From positions 64,001-128,000 of the forward strand of contig JAYPQH010000030.1 in NCBI GenBank assembly GCA_038131935.1: a stretch of DNA of 64,000 nucleotides. Reading direction: 5' to 3'. Below the pieces are notes generated by a model that ran no database searches, had not been told where the DNA came from, and saw only the letters and a program-made list of their open reading frames with translations. The stretch's first letter is position 1; every line of letters starts with the position of its first letter. Source of the DNA: Alphaproteobacteria bacterium. Lineage in GTDB: Bacteria > Pseudomonadota > Alphaproteobacteria > UBA8317. Of this stretch, positions 11,708 to 23,590 are shown in pieces. The position numbers and the translations under genes are program-made.

Positions 11708-12385
11708 TTAAGTTTGCGTAGCTTCTTCCCGTGCCATGTTGGCGGATTTATCCTCAACAAGAAGTTTGCTTGCAACAATGACCGCTTGCGTACGGCTGTT
11801 GACGCCCAACTTTTGCAGAATTGCTGATACATGAGCTTTGACCGTCGCCTCTGAAATGTTAAGTTCATAAGCAATTTGTTTGTTAAGCTTGCCCTCAGTT
11901 AAGAAGGTGAGCACACGTATTTGCTGCGGGGTCAATGATGCCATTCGGCGACCTAAATCCTGAGAAGCATCTGGCACTCCTGCTATCATATCAGCTGGAA
12001 AAGATGTCTCCCCAGATAAGACTTTTTCTATCGCCTCTTTGATCTCGCGTAGGCTAGATGACTTTGGAATATAACCAGAGGCACCAAATGAAGCTGCGGA
12101 GCGTATGACGTCGTCATCTTCAATGGCAGAGACAATGATGACTGGAATTTGCGGTTGATCCGCACGAAGATAGACCAAACCAGAAAAACCTCTCATCCCG
12201 GGCATGTTAAGATCCAAAACCATGAGTTCAGCATCTTGATGTCGGCCCAGTGCAGCATAAGCCTCATCATAATCGGAGGTTTCAATGATGCGTATCTGAG
12301 GGTCTAAACTTGCGATGGCTTGTGACAGCGCCACACGAAATAAAGGATGATCATCCGCAACAATAATCACGCGTCCTTGAGACAT
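11708..12385 (-). CDS. NarL/LuxR family response regulator (CrbR/ErdR-like)
   Basis: ADDHPLFR, DLNMPG, LTPQQ...LNKQIAYEL.ISEATVKAHVS; convergent with the kinase. Confidence 0.9.
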   Translation of the reverse strand: MSQGRVIIVADDHPLFRVALSQAIASLDPQIRIIETSDYDEAYAALGRHQDAELMVLDLNMPGMRGFSGLVYLRADQPQIPVIIVSAIEDDDVIRSAASFGASGYIPKSSSLREIKEAIEKVLSGETSFPADMIAGVPDASQDLGRRMASLTPQQIRVLTFLTEGKLNKQIAYELNISEATVKAHVSAILQKLGVNSRTQAVIVASKLLVEDKSANMAREEATQT

Positions 12386-12479
12386 TTTACCAAATCCCTG
12401 TTTTTTTGTTTTATGCTCTATTATACCCATCAATCGTTAAGTTGATGTCAACCTTATTTTTTTGATGCTGGGGGCTCAT

Positions 12480-13840
12480 ATGACCGTGACCATGCCGGAT
12501 GACTGTTGGAATAAGTTTCCATTACCTTTTAGAGATGGTGATGGCTTAGAAGTTCATGAGGTTGAACCGGGGGTATCTTGGACAAATTTTACAACCGAAG
12601 AAGAACAAAAAGATTAAAAATACAAGGTTTTGAGGGTAGGCTTCATGAATGGGCTGTGTTGGATGATCGCCGAACAATTTTGTTGGTCACCACCTGCGAT
12701 AGCCTCTCATCAAGCTGGGGCATTTTGGCGCAAAAGTTGGGGGCTGTGAACCTTAAGCTCGACCCTTCTGATGAGGGCTTCATGGCCCGTGCTGCGGGGT
12801 TTTTGGCGGCAAGGCGTACATTTGGGACAGAAACACCCGCACTTTCTTGTGAGGGCAAACTATCGCCAACGCAACGGGCTATTCTGCAAGCTTATGGTTC
12901 TGCCCTAAAATTGATTGAGGCGCCAACATCACAATTACATGTTGCTGAGTTGGTGCATGCAGGGGTTATGCTTGCTGAGCAGTATGATGCTAGATGTCAG
13001 GTATTTTCTATTGATGACGATCCTGATGCGTTTCCTGCCATCCATGCTGTGGGACGCACGGCTTTGGGGCGTCCTCAATTGCTTAGGTTTACTTGGGGGA
13101 ATATTGATCACCCGCGTGTGAGTTTGGTTGGAAAAGGGGTTGTTTTTGATACCGGTGGTCTAAACCTCAAGCCTGGTCAATCCATGGGTTTAATGCGTAA
13201 GGATATGGGGGGCGCGGCTTTTGTGCTCAGTCTGGCATCAGCCATCATGGCAAAAGGTTTGCCCGTCTATTTGGATGTCCTTATCCCTGCTGTTGAGAAT
13301 GGAATTGGCATAGGTGCGATGCGTCCCGGTGATATTCTCTCAACGCGTGCCGGTATAAGTGTGGAGATTGGCAATACCGATGCAGAAGGCCGTTTGATCT
13401 TGGCTGATGCCATGGATTTGGCGGTTGAAGCTCAGCCTGATTTGTTGATTGACGTGGCTACCCTCACAGGTGCTGCAAGGGTTGCCATGGGCTTTGACAT
13501 AACCCCCTATTTCTCAAGAGACCCCAAAACAAGGGTTGATCTATTGTCTATGTCCCAGAAAATAGGTGATCCATTATGGCCTTTGCCCCTATGGGAACCT
13601 TATGAGCGCAAACTTAGATCTGGTTTTGCTGATATCAATAATGTTGGTGATGATGGTTTTGGGGGGGCGATCATCGCTGCCTGTTTCTTGTCAAAATTTT
13701 GTGAAGATGTAGAGGACTGGTTACATTTGGATTTGGCAGCATGGGATCATGGAGATCGACCCGGACATCGTAAAGGTGCAGCCATGGCTGGCTGGTTCTC
13801 CATTCTAGCTTACCTAGAGGAACGTTATGGATCTTCATGA
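12480..13840 (+). CDS. M17 leucyl aminopeptidase family protein; frameshift in the A-run at ~12610
   Basis: VGKGVVFDTGG, KDMGGA, NTDAEGRL; the upstream ATG at 12480 joins the frame if one A is added at 12607-12611. Confidence 0.88.
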
Positions 13841-14705
13841 GCGATTTTCTGATCGGCTGCGTGCGGCACGTGAAGATTTGGCGTGGTCAGGTTTAAAAGG
13901 TGATCTGGGCACGGCTCATCTTGTCCCTGGTTTCGTTCGTCAGGTCACCAAACCGCTGGCCCCTTTATGGGATGGTCCTCATCTTGATGCATCCCAGTCC
14001 AGTACCTTGGTATTCGGACGTTTGTTTAGGGTTTTAGAAACAGATTCCATGCGTTGTTGGGGGCAAGTGTTGGATGATGGATATGTAGGGTGGATTGATC
14101 GTGGGTCGTTGGGTAAGCCCATCCCTACTGACCATGAAGTCATCATGAGGTCCGTGGTCTTGAGCAGAAAGCCGCAACTCAAAAGTCCTCCACGCGATCA
14201 TCTCCCTCTTGGGGCCAAGGTCCAAGTATTGGGGTGGATAGATAACGGTTTTGCACAAACCCCTAATGGTTTCGTCCCTGCCTCGGCTTTGCGCAAGTCT
14301 TATGAAGCCATAGATGCTTCTTTGATCTTACATGTGGGTGAAAGTATGCTTGGTACGCCTTATGTCTGGGGGGGTGGTGGCTATGATGGAATTGATTGTT
14401 CAGGGCTTGTACAAGCACTCTATCGCTTGGTGGAACCAGGGGTGTTGCGTGATGCAGACATGCAAGAGCAAACCCTAGGGACTCCATGTGAGGGGGCTCA
14501 TCTTCCCGGTGATTTGCTGTTTTGGCCGGGGCATGTTGCAATCATGTGGACTCATGGGAGGGTTTTGCATGCATCAGGGCATCATATGCATGTGTTGCTC
14601 GAGCCGTGGACGCAAGCCGCTGCACGTTTGGAAAAACAAGTTGGGTCTGTTCGAACCAGACGCCGTCATCCCATCATGGCTGCTTTGATGAGCTCTTTGG
14701 TGTAG
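13827..14705 (+). CDS. NlpC/P60 (C40) peptidase with SH3-like N-terminus
   Basis: LGTPYVWGG...GIDCSGLVQ, RDADMQ, GHVAI, LHASG. Confidence 0.9.
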   Translation: MDLHERFSDRLRAAREDLAWSGLKGDLGTAHLVPGFVRQVTKPLAPLWDGPHLDASQSSTLVFGRLFRVLETDSMRCWGQVLDDGYVGWIDRGSLGKPIPTDHEVIMRSVVLSRKPQLKSPPRDHLPLGAKVQVLGWIDNGFAQTPNGFVPASALRKSYEAIDASLILHVGESMLGTPYVWGGGGYDGIDCSGLVQALYRLVEPGVLRDADMQEQTLGTPCEGAHLPGDLLFWPGHVAIMWTHGRVLHASGHHMHVLLEPWTQAAARLEKQVGSVRTRRRHPIMAALMSSLV

Positions 14706-16227
14706 GTTTGCTTGGGCTGGGAAAAAATCTCTGACGTGGTGCCTTTTTCAATCAGCTTTCCTGCTTTCATAACCAGGATTTCATCGGCCAAAGCTCTGAT
14801 GACACGGAGATCATGGCTGATAAATATATAGCTCAAATGACGGGTTTCTTGCAGGTGCCGCAGCAAGGAAATGATATGCATTTGAACGGACAAATCCAAT
14901 GCGGATGTCGGTTCATCAAGAACCAACAAACGAGGGTTGAGAATTAATGCACGGGCTAGTGCAATGCGTTGACGTTGTCCCCCTGAAAATTCATGAGGGT
15001 AACGATGGCGCATCTCTGGGTCGAGATCTACTTCCCTCAAAGCCTCTTGCACCATGCGATCACGTTCTTCCGCGGTTAATGAGCGGTGGTGAACCTCAAG
15101 TCCTTCTGCCACAATGCGACCAACATCCATGCGCGGAGAAAGGGATCCAAATGGGTCTTGAAAAACAACTTGCATCCGGGCACGCAAGCCAGCGGGCGTT
15201 TTTTTCAATCGTTGTAAGTTTTGACCTTCAAAAAGAATATCGCCTTGGGAGGAAAGCAGTCGTAAGATGGCTAAGCATGCCGTTGTTTTGCCAGAACCCG
15301 ATTCCCCAACAACCCCTAGGGTCCGGCCCTGAGGCAGTGTAAATGAAAGTCCATCTACAGCTTTTATGACATCAACCTGCTTGCGAAGAAGGCCTCGTTT
15401 GACAGGGAAATGGACTTTTAGGTTGCTCACTTCGAGTATGTTGTTGTCAGTTGGTTTGCGGATAATGGGGGCTGGGGAGAGGCATTTAAAAGCTTTTGTG
15501 TGTAAGGATGCTGTGGCTTACGGAAAATATCATCAACAGCTCCTTGTTCAACGACACAACCTTGCTGCATGACACTGACATGATGAGCCATGGCCTGAAC
15601 CACATGCAGGTCATGGCTAATCATCAAGATAGCCAAGCCAAATTGTTCGTTAAGGGTTTTTAGAAGATCTAAAATTTGCGCTTGGACAGTCACATCAAGG
15701 GCTGTTGTGGGCTCGTCTGCAATGAGCAATGCTGGTGACTTGGCCAGCGCCATGGCAATCATGACACGTTGCCGTTGTCCACCTGAAAGCTCATGTGGAT
15801 AGGCCTGGCAGCGCTGTTCTGGGTCGCGGATACCCACTTGGTCTAGCAACGTAACAACGCGTTTGGGGATGTCTGCTTTAGGAACCCCTACAAGTTCTAA
15901 CGCTTCACCAATTTGCTTTATTACACGGTGCAAAGGGTTGAGGGATGTCATGGGTTCTTGAAAGATATAACCCAGAGACTCTTTGCGTAACATCACTTGA
16001 TGGGCAGGGGTTAAGGTTTCTCCACGGAACAACAATGCACCGCTGCATTGAGCAGATGGGGGTAGAAGTCCTCCAATCGAAAGTCCTGTCAGGGACTTCC
16101 CAGAACCCGATTCTCCAACAATCGCATGGATAGCACCAGGGTTGATGCTGATATTGACGCCATTCACCACTGGTGGGTTCGGGCCAAATTGGATGGTTAG
16201 GTCTTTTATATCAAGAAGTGGGCTCAT
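14666..16227 (-). CDS. yejF: Two-domain ABC ATPase YejF; split by a frameshift at ~15470
   Basis: Two GESGSGK/YPHE.SGGQRQR domains; one extra C in the C-run fuses them; follows yejE. Confidence 0.85.
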
Positions 16228-17270
16228 GAATCAGATCCTTGAAAGGTTTTTCGAGGGTCTAAGGCGTCACGCACGGCCTCTCCAAAAAAAACCAAAAGGG
16301 ATAAGGTTAAAGCAATCACCACAAAGCCTGTGATGGCCAACCATGGCGCTTCCAAATTGTTTTTGCCTTGACGGAGTAACTCGCCCAAAGAAGCTGACCC
16401 AGCAGGCATACCTAGTCCTAAAAAATCCAAAGAGGTGAGGGTTGTGATGCCCGCATTCAATATAAAAGGCATAAAGGTTAGTGTGGCGACCATGGCATTG
16501 GGTAGGATATGGCGTGTCATGATGGTGCGATCTGAGACGCCTAAGGCACGGGCTGCGCGCACATATTCAAAATTTCTGGCGCGAAGGAATTCCGCACGAA
16601 CCACCCCTACCAAGGTAACCCAGGATGTCGCGGCCATGATAGCCAACAAAATCCAAAAGCCAGGTGTGAATACCGCAGAAAGGATGATCAACAGATAGAG
16701 GTAGGGGATGGCGTTCCATATTTCCACAAATCGCTGAAATAACAAATCAACCCAGCCACCAAGATAGCCCTGAATAGCGCCTGCCATGACACCAATGAAG
16801 GAGGATACCAACGTCAACAGGATGCCAAACAAAACAGATATACGAAAACCGTAAATAAGTCGTGCCAAGACATCTCGTTGTTGATCATCTGTTCCCAACC
16901 AATGTCGTGAAGATGGTGGGGCAGGGGCAGGTTCATTCAAATCAAGGTCGTGGGTATCATAAGAAAAGGGGATTAATGGCCAAAGCATCTTGCCATCACC
17001 TTGCTTAATCAGATCTTGAATAAAGGGATCTTTGTAATCAGGTTCCAAATCAAATTCACCACCAAAGGTGGTCTCGGGATAATAGAACAAAATAGGTGTA
17101 TAAATTTCTCCCTTATAGGAGATATAAATTGGTTTATCATTCGCAAGAAATTCTGCACCTAGAGAGAGCAAAAACAAGAACAAAAAAATGATAGAAGCAT
17201 AAAACCCGCGTTTGTTTGCGCGAAATAAAGCCCAACGTCTTTGGTTAATGGGGTCTTTGATCCAGGTCAT
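16224..17270 (-). CDS. yejE: Peptide/microcin C ABC permease
   Basis: NQRRW..FRANKRG, LGTDD..RDVLAR, RAEFLR.RN. Confidence 0.9.
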   Translation of the reverse strand: MTWIKDPINQRRWALFRANKRGFYASIIFLFLFLLSLGAEFLANDKPIYISYKGEIYTPILFYYPETTFGGEFDLEPDYKDPFIQDLIKQGDGKMLWPLIPFSYDTHDLDLNEPAPAPPSSRHWLGTDDQQRDVLARLIYGFRISVLFGILLTLVSSFIGVMAGAIQGYLGGWVDLLFQRFVEIWNAIPYLYLLIILSAVFTPGFWILLAIMAATSWVTLVGVVRAEFLRARNFEYVRAARALGVSDRTIMTRHILPNAMVATLTFMPFILNAGITTLTSLDFLGLGMPAGSASLGELLRQGKNNLEAPWLAITGFVVIALTLSLLVFFGEAVRDALDPRKTFQGSDS

Positions 17271-18364
17271 GACAGATTTCGGCTTTCAAAATCTATGCGC
17301 GGGTCAATCAATGTGTAGGTTATATCCGTGATTAAACCCATCACGAGACCGATCAAGGAAAAAATAAATAAGGTGGCGAACACAACGGGGTAATCACGCT
17401 GTAAAGCTGCTTCAAATGCAAGCAAACCCAAGCCATCCAACGAAAAAATAGTTTCGATCAGTAAAGAGCCTGTGAAAAATAGCGATACAAATGCTGCTGG
17501 AAATCCTGCGATCACGATAAGCATCGCATTTCTGAATACATGTCCATAAAGCACCTTGCGGTCGGATAGGCCTTTTGCCCGTGCGGTTATGACATACTGC
17601 TTAGAGATTTCATCGAGGAATGAATTTTTGGTCAACAATGTTAAGGTGGCAAAGCCAGAAATAGACATTGCCAACACAGGTAGGGTGATATGCCAAAAAT
17701 AATCCAAGACCTGTTGGAAAAAAGTCATTTGATCTGCATGATCAGAGGCAAGACCTCTTAGCGGGAAAATAGAGAAAAATGACCCCCCAGCGAAGAGAAC
17801 AATCAACAAAATACCAAATAAAAACCCAGGAATCGCATAACCAACCACCACAAGAAAGGAGGTCACAACGTCAAATTTGGTTCCATCAAGAACGGCTTTT
17901 CGGATCCCAAGCGGTATGGATATCAGATAGGACAACAAGGTGGTCCAGAGTCCCAATGAAATGGATACAGGCAACTTCTCAATAATGAGATCAATCACCG
18001 CTATGGAGCGAAAATAACTCTCGCCAAAATCAAATCTTATGTAATCCCACAACATGATGGCAAAGCGTTCATAGGCAGGCTTGTCAAAACCAAATTGTTT
18101 TTCCAGTTCCGCGATAAAAGCTGGGTCTAGCCCTTGGGATCCTCGATAGTCACTATTGGCTGTGCTGGCGACATCCCCCGTTGCGCCGCCTGTTACCCGT
18201 GAGAGGACAGAGCCATGGTCACCTTGCAGTTGCGCAATCATTTGTTCAACGGGGCCGCCTGGAGCAAATTGAATGATGGCAAAATTGATGAGCATAATCC
18301 CCAAAATGGTAGGGATCATGAACAAAAGTCGCCGCAGGATATAGTGACTCAAGGCTTCACCCAC
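17267..18364 (-). CDS. yejB: Peptide/microcin C ABC permease
   Basis: [34 protein letters not shown]. Confidence 0.92.
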   Translation of the reverse strand: MGEALSHYILRRLLFMIPTILGIMLINFAIIQFAPGGPVEQMIAQLQGDHGSVLSRVTGGATGDVASTANSDYRGSQGLDPAFIAELEKQFGFDKPAYERFAIMLWDYIRFDFGESYFRSIAVIDLIIEKLPVSISLGLWTTLLSYLISIPLGIRKAVLDGTKFDVVTSFLVVVGYAIPGFLFGILLIVLFAGGSFFSIFPLRGLASDHADQMTFFQQVLDYFWHITLPVLAMSISGFATLTLLTKNSFLDEISKQYVITARAKGLSDRKVLYGHVFRNAMLIVIAGFPAAFVSLFFTGSLLIETIFSLDGLGLLAFEAALQRDYPVVFATLFIFSLIGLVMGLITDITYTLIDPRIDFESRNLS

Positions 18365-20127
18365 CAGATTTCTGGGAAGCCAATGTCATGGCTAGGGAAT
18401 GGTTCTGGATGGTCAAGTTTGGCATCATAGGCAATACGTTCACCAGGAAAATACCAATTGGGCACCAAATAATGTCCCCATAACAAAACACGGTCGAGTG
18501 CACGGCATGCTGCGATCAACGCCTGTCGGTCTTCCGCGAAGATAATGGCATCCACCAAACTGTCCACAACAGGGTCAGAGACCCCCATGAGGTTTCTGCT
18601 GCCAGGCCTATTGGCTGCATCACGCGACCAAAAATCACGTTGTTCATTTCCTGGACTGGTTGATTGTGCAAACCCTGCAGACACCATGTCAAAATCAAAT
18701 TCTTCCAATCTTTTTTCATATTGGGCCGCATCCACCATCCTGATACGCGCCTCAATGCCAAGGTCACCAAGATTGTTGACAAAAGGAGCGACAACCCTCT
18801 CACTATCCGCATTGTTAATGAGAAATTCTAGGGTGAATGGCTCACCCTCAGCATTGATAAGGCGGCCATTGTTGAGTGACCATCCTGCCTTTTTCAATTC
18901 AGATAACGCCATGCGCAGTTGACGTCGGCGTTGATAGCCCCCTTGTTCTTCACCAGGGATGATCACGGGAGACGTGAAGATTCCCTTTGGGAGTTGATCA
19001 GCAAATGGCTCTAACAATGCAAGTTCCTGGCCTTCAGGCAGTCCACGCGCTGCCAACTCAGAGCCTTGGAAGTAGCTTTTCGTTCGAAAATATTGATCAA
19101 AGAAAAGATTTTTATTGAGCCAAGCGAAGTCAAACATTCTTGCAAGTGCTTGGCGCACCAGGGGATCGGAAAACTTTGATCGGCGGGTGTTGAAGACAAA
19201 GCCTTGCATAGGTTTTACCCCAGCCAATGGCACCGATTGCCTCACGACATCCCCTTTGAGAAATCTTGGGAAATCATAGCCTGTTGCCCAACGCTTGGCT
19301 TGGTTTTCGGTGTGGTAATCATAAACACCCGTTTTGAAAGCCTCAAAAGCAACGGCAGGATCTCGAAAATATTCTACCCGAATTTGGTCAATATGATGCA
19401 AGCCTTTTCGGCTTGCTGTCTGATCTGCCCAGTAATCACGTCGTCGCTGATAGGTGATTTGTTTTCCAACATCGACATCACTCACCATGTAAGGGCCAGA
19501 GGTTATCAATGGTATGAGCGAAGATTCATCAAAGGCACGTTCTTGAAAACTATCGGTGAAGAAAATAGGCAATTGGCTAACAATAAAGGGAAGTTCACGG
19601 TTGTTTTTTTCATTGAATTCAAAACGGATGGTTTGAGGACCTGTGACGGTGATGTTTGAAACATTTTTGTAATAATAACGGAAAAAAGGGCGCCCTTTAT
19701 CCCTTAACAACGAGAAACTTTCTTGGATATGTCGCGGGGTAATAGGTTGTCCATTGGAGAAGGTGGCACGCGGATCAATCGCAAATTCCACCCAAGAGAA
19801 ATCTTCAGGATGACGTAATTTTTCAGCGATGAGTGGATATTGTACGGAAGACTCATCCAAAGATCTTGTCATTAAGCTATCAAGGGTGAAGCCAATGCCT
19901 GTAACAGGGTTTCCTTTGAGAATAAATGGATTGACGCTATCAAAACTTCCAATCGCCGCTAGCCGCACCGCACCTCCTTGAGGTGAATCAGGGGTGGCAT
20001 AATCAAAATAAGAGAACCCAGTTTTGTATTTGGGAGGGTTCTCCAAACTTAAAGAGAATTGCCAAGACGGGTTAGCGTGCGCCGAAAACCCCCATAAACC
20101 AATTAAGAGAATCCATAATGCCTTCAT
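18349..20127 (-). CDS. yejA: Peptide ABC substrate-binding protein
   Basis: Signal peptide MKALW..AHA after a GGAG RBS; [20 protein letters not shown]. Confidence 0.9.
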   Translation of the reverse strand: MKALWILLIGLWGFSAHANPSWQFSLSLENPPKYKTGFSYFDYATPDSPQGGAVRLAAIGSFDSVNPFILKGNPVTGIGFTLDSLMTRSLDESSVQYPLIAEKLRHPEDFSWVEFAIDPRATFSNGQPITPRHIQESFSLLRDKGRPFFRYYYKNVSNITVTGPQTIRFEFNEKNNRELPFIVSQLPIFFTDSFQERAFDESSLIPLITSGPYMVSDVDVGKQITYQRRRDYWADQTASRKGLHHIDQIRVEYFRDPAVAFEAFKTGVYDYHTENQAKRWATGYDFPRFLKGDVVRQSVPLAGVKPMQGFVFNTRRSKFSDPLVRQALARMFDFAWLNKNLFFDQYFRTKSYFQGSELAARGLPEGQELALLEPFADQLPKGIFTSPVIIPGEEQGGYQRRRQLRMALSELKKAGWSLNNGRLINAEGEPFTLEFLINNADSERVVAPFVNNLGDLGIEARIRMVDAAQYEKRLEEFDFDMVSAGFAQSTSPGNEQRDFWSRDAANRPGSRNLMGVSDPVVDSLVDAIIFAEDRQALIAACRALDRVLLWGHYLVPNWYFPGERIAYDAKLDHPEPFPSHDIGFPEIWWVKP

Positions 20128-20216
20128 GTTTACTCCCTTAACAAACCCTACCACGAATATGTGGGGTTTTGTGTCGATCAAACAACCATTTTGGATGTAA
20201 AAAAGGCGGTAAGGAC

Positions 20217-20780
20217 CTAATTGGCGGCTGGCAATGCAGCTGGGTTGTCAGACAAGCTTCTCAAATAGGCAATAATTGCGGCGCGATCCTCTGGTTTTTT
20301 AAGCCCAGCAAATCCCATTTTTGTTCCAGGAGCCCAATCTTTAGGATTGTGTAAGAAGCCATCAAGGTTTTCATAATTCCATTGATCACCGTTGGCATTC
20401 ATGCCTGCGAGCACCTCTGAGTAGCCAAAGCCATCAGCATGACCAATCGGTCCATTGACCAAACCCCATAAATTTGGACCAACTTTGTTGGCGCCACCGT
20501 TGTCAAAAGAGTGGCAACCAGCGCACTTCTTGGCGACTTTGGTGCCCTTATTGGTCAAATCTGACACATCCATTGAGGCGAGTAGCATGACGGTGGAAAC
20601 CTCTTCCACAGCCTGAGCTGTTTCGGTTGCTGGTTCAGGCTCAGGAACGGCAACTGCATAAGCAGGCTCTTCCAGTTTGTCTTCGTGAAAAATAACTTCT
20701 GCGAAAAAACCAGAAAGCAGAACCACAAGCACGGCAGTCAATACACCACCAGCAATTTTGTTGATTTCCATCATGTCCAT
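20217..20780 (-). CDS. cycM: Membrane-anchored cytochrome c (c552/CycM)
   Basis: N-terminal TM (EINKIAGGVL), CAGCH heme motif, PGTKMGFAG. Confidence 0.88.
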   Translation of the reverse strand: MDMMEINKIAGGVLTAVLVVLLSGFFAEVIFHEDKLEEPAYAVAVPEPEPATETAQAVEEVSTVMLLASMDVSDLTNKGTKVAKKCAGCHSFDNGGANKVGPNLWGLVNGPIGHADGFGYSEVLAGMNANGDQWNYENLDGFLHNPKDWAPGTKMGFAGLKKPEDRAAIIAYLRSLSDNPAALPAAN

Positions 20781-20926
20781 AACAGACCACCTCTTATGTT
20801 CGTCACGTTTCTCTTTGCCCTGCATAATGCGAGAAATAGGGTTTGCTCAAGGGGTAAATGCGGTTCAAGGAGACGCAGGGGCATTTATGACAGCAAAAAA
20901 GATCTAAATTGGCGATTTTCACACCC

Positions 20927-21415
20927 TTATACTTTTGTTGATGCTGCGTTGTGGGGCAATAAATGTAATTCAATGCCAATTTGTTCATACAAACTTCGTT
21001 TGAATGGGACGATGCAATCCAGCAACTCCTCATAATGGAACCATGACCAGGCTCTAAATTCTGGATGTTCGGTGGCAATGTTGATATCAGCGTCGCGGCC
21101 CAAATAGTCCAACAAAAACCATTTTTGCCTTTGACCACGATACCGACCCTTCCAAATGGTGGCTTGGAGGTCTTCAGGCAGGTCATAATCAAGCCACATA
21201 GATGTCACAGCCTTGATCTTAGCCTTGTCTGTCCCTATTTCTTCCAGCAATTCGCGAAAAATGGTTGTTGATGGGGCCTCTCCCTCATCAATTCCGCCTT
21301 GGGGCATCTGCCAGGCTGGTTCAGGATTATCAAGTCGCTGTGCAGCGAATACGCGGCCATCTTTATGACGCAATACTGCGCCTACACCAAGTCGATAGGG
21401 TTTTTGAAACAGCAT
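20927..21415 (-). CDS. rppH: RNA pyrophosphohydrolase
   Basis: YRLGVG, WQMPQGGIDEGE, RELLEEIG Nudix box, GQRQKWF, IVPFKR. Confidence 0.93.
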   Translation of the reverse strand: MLFQKPYRLGVGAVLRHKDGRVFAAQRLDNPEPAWQMPQGGIDEGEAPSTTIFRELLEEIGTDKAKIKAVTSMWLDYDLPEDLQATIWKGRYRGQRQKWFLLDYLGRDADINIATEHPEFRAWSWFHYEELLDCIVPFKRSLYEQIGIELHLLPHNAASTKV

Positions 21416-21557
21416 CTCGTCCTCTTTTTTTGTGGGTTTGAGATTTCCATAATGCCTATATGTTGCGATGTCATGTTGACCGAGGCAGGTCAAGAATATT
21501 TGAACATGTGCACCATGGTATGGCGTTGCTTAAAAAATAGAGATAAGTCGAACGATT

Positions 21558-22289
21558 ATGAGCATCATGATTATTATACCCGCCCGCATGGCATCAACGC
21601 GGCTTCCTGGAAAACCTTTGGCAGACATTGGTGGGAAGCCGATGATTGGTCATATGATTGATATTGCACAACGATCAGGTCTGGGGCCTGTCTTGGTGGC
21701 TGCCGGAGATCAAGCCATTGTAGATGCAGTGGCCGATGTACCCGTTATTTTAACGGATCCTGACTTGCCTTCAGGATCAGATCGGATTGAGCAAGCATTG
21801 CAGGCCTCTGGAGCGACACCAGAAATCGTGGTTAATCTGCAAGGTGATGTTCCTCTTCTTGACCCTGCTGCACTGCGTGATTGTGTGGAAATTTTACAAG
21901 TTTCTGATGCGGACATTGCAACCCTTGTTGTTGCCGTGCCACGCTTGGATATTGCCGATGATACATCCTCCGTTAAGGCCGTTGTTGATTGGAAAGACCA
22001 ACAATTGGGGAAAGCGTTGTATTTTTCTCGTGCGGCGGTACCTTTCGGTCAAGATCCTTTATATTATCATGTCGGTATCTACGCTTATAAGAGGCAATCC
22101 CTAGCAGAATTTGTTGCAGCCCCACCTCATCCTTTGGAAGAGATTGAAAAATTGGAGCAATTACGCGCTCTGGGGTTGGGTATGCATATTGCGGTAGGAC
22201 GCACCCAAGAAATTCCTCTTGGGGTGGACACGGCAGCTGATCTTGAGAAGGCCCGTCAAATAGTACAAAGGAAAACCCATGAGCCTTGA
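21558..22289 (+). CDS. kdsB: 3-deoxy-manno-octulosonate cytidylyltransferase
   Basis: IIPARMASTRLPGKPL, VNLQGD, EKLEQLRAL. Confidence 0.95.
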   Translation: MSIMIIIPARMASTRLPGKPLADIGGKPMIGHMIDIAQRSGLGPVLVAAGDQAIVDAVADVPVILTDPDLPSGSDRIEQALQASGATPEIVVNLQGDVPLLDPAALRDCVEILQVSDADIATLVVAVPRLDIADDTSSVKAVVDWKDQQLGKALYFSRAAVPFGQDPLYYHVGIYAYKRQSLAEFVAAPPHPLEEIEKLEQLRALGLGMHIAVGRTQEIPLGVDTAADLEKARQIVQRKTHEP

Positions 22290-23181
22290 TGAATATCTCT
22301 CTTTATCGCACCCCAAGTTACACGCCTTGGGCGGTAGCCCAGAGCAAACAATCGTTTTTCAAGGGGAGGCTGGTGCATACTCCCACTTGGCCTGTATCGA
22401 GGCTGCGCCTGATATGGTGCCTTTGGCTTGTGGAACATTTGAGGAGGCAATCGATAAGGTCCTTGATGGTGAGGCTTCTAGGGTTCTACTGCCAGTAGAA
22501 AATTCTATTTATGGTCGGGTTGCAGATATCCATCACCTTCTTCCCTCATCAGGTCTATTTATCGTGCAAGAGCATTTTATGCGGATACAGCATATGTTGT
22601 TAGGTTTGCCGCAAGCCAAGATGGCTGATGTGCTCACGGCAAAATCACATGCGATGGCATTGGGTCAATGTATGCGTAACCTCAAGACATTTGGTATCAA
22701 AGCTATTCAAGGTGCAGACACGGCTGGTTCTGCTCGGGAAATTGCAGAGCAAGGTGAACCTCATCAATCTGCCATTGCGTCCCAGCTGGCTGCGGCCATT
22801 TATGACCTTCAAATCCTCAAAGAAGGTATTGAAGATGAAGCCCATAATACCACAAGGTTTTTGGCCATGTCTGCACAACCTCGAGATGCGGAACCGCATG
22901 GCGATGTGATGACGACATTTGTCTTTCAGGTTCGGAATGTGCCCGCATCTTTGTACAAAGCATTGGGTGGTTTTGCCACCAATGGTGTGAATATGACAAA
23001 GCTGGAGAGCTATCAAATTGAAGGAAGCTTCCAAGCTACACAGTTTTATGCTGACATTGTCGGTCATCCAGAGGATGAACATGTGCGCCGTGCGCTGGAA
23101 GAACTGGAATTTTTCTCAAGAAAATTGACCATTTTGGGCGTGTATCCTCAGCATGAGTTTCGTAAGCTCATTACTTTGTGA
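22279..23181 (+). CDS. pheA: Prephenate dehydratase
   Basis: FQGE.GAYS, PVENS, NTTRF, ACT domain with NMTKLES. Confidence 0.94.
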   Translation: MSLDEYLSLSHPKLHALGGSPEQTIVFQGEAGAYSHLACIEAAPDMVPLACGTFEEAIDKVLDGEASRVLLPVENSIYGRVADIHHLLPSSGLFIVQEHFMRIQHMLLGLPQAKMADVLTAKSHAMALGQCMRNLKTFGIKAIQGADTAGSAREIAEQGEPHQSAIASQLAAAIYDLQILKEGIEDEAHNTTRFLAMSAQPRDAEPHGDVMTTFVFQVRNVPASLYKALGGFATNGVNMTKLESYQIEGSFQATQFYADIVGHPEDEHVRRALEELEFFSRKLTILGVYPQHEFRKLITL

Positions 23182-23268
23182 GCATATAAACCAGTTAGCA
23201 GGCGGAAAACTTCGCAAAAAACATCATCATGCTTGCGTGATGGGATTGAAAATCTTACATAGGAGTTT

Positions 23269-23361
23269 GGGAGGTTGGCGCGGACGGAATCCTCGCGAAC
23301 CCGGTCAGGTCCGGAAGGAAGCAGCCGTAACGAGTCTTTTTCGGGTCGTCGCCAATCTCCT
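23269..23361 (+). ncRNA. ffs: Signal recognition particle (4.5S) RNA
   Basis: Conserved core GGTCAGGTCCGGAAGGAAGCAGCC; pairing ends GGAGGTTGGCG/CGCCAATCTCC; lies upstream of dnaX. Confidence 0.95.
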
Positions 23362-23590
23362 TGATGATATCTTCCCACTGAAGAAGGTTCTATCTTTCTA
23401 GCGAGGACCTTGAGGCAAGCGATACTGCTCGTTTGGCGAATGAGACGCAAATGGTGCGGGTATATGCCTTGGGGATGGTGAGTGATCTTTGATGGTGGAT
23501 ATATCAAGATTGTTGGTGTGACATAGTTTTTTACTGTTTTTTTTGTTAAAAACAACTTCAACCGGTGTTTGTGGGGGATAAGACTGAGAA

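Noticed and set aside
15420-15480. yejF as two genuine genes with a GTGA overlap
   Set aside because: One extra C restores a continuous linker and the ILEV start of domain 2; YejF is normally a single two-domain ATPase.
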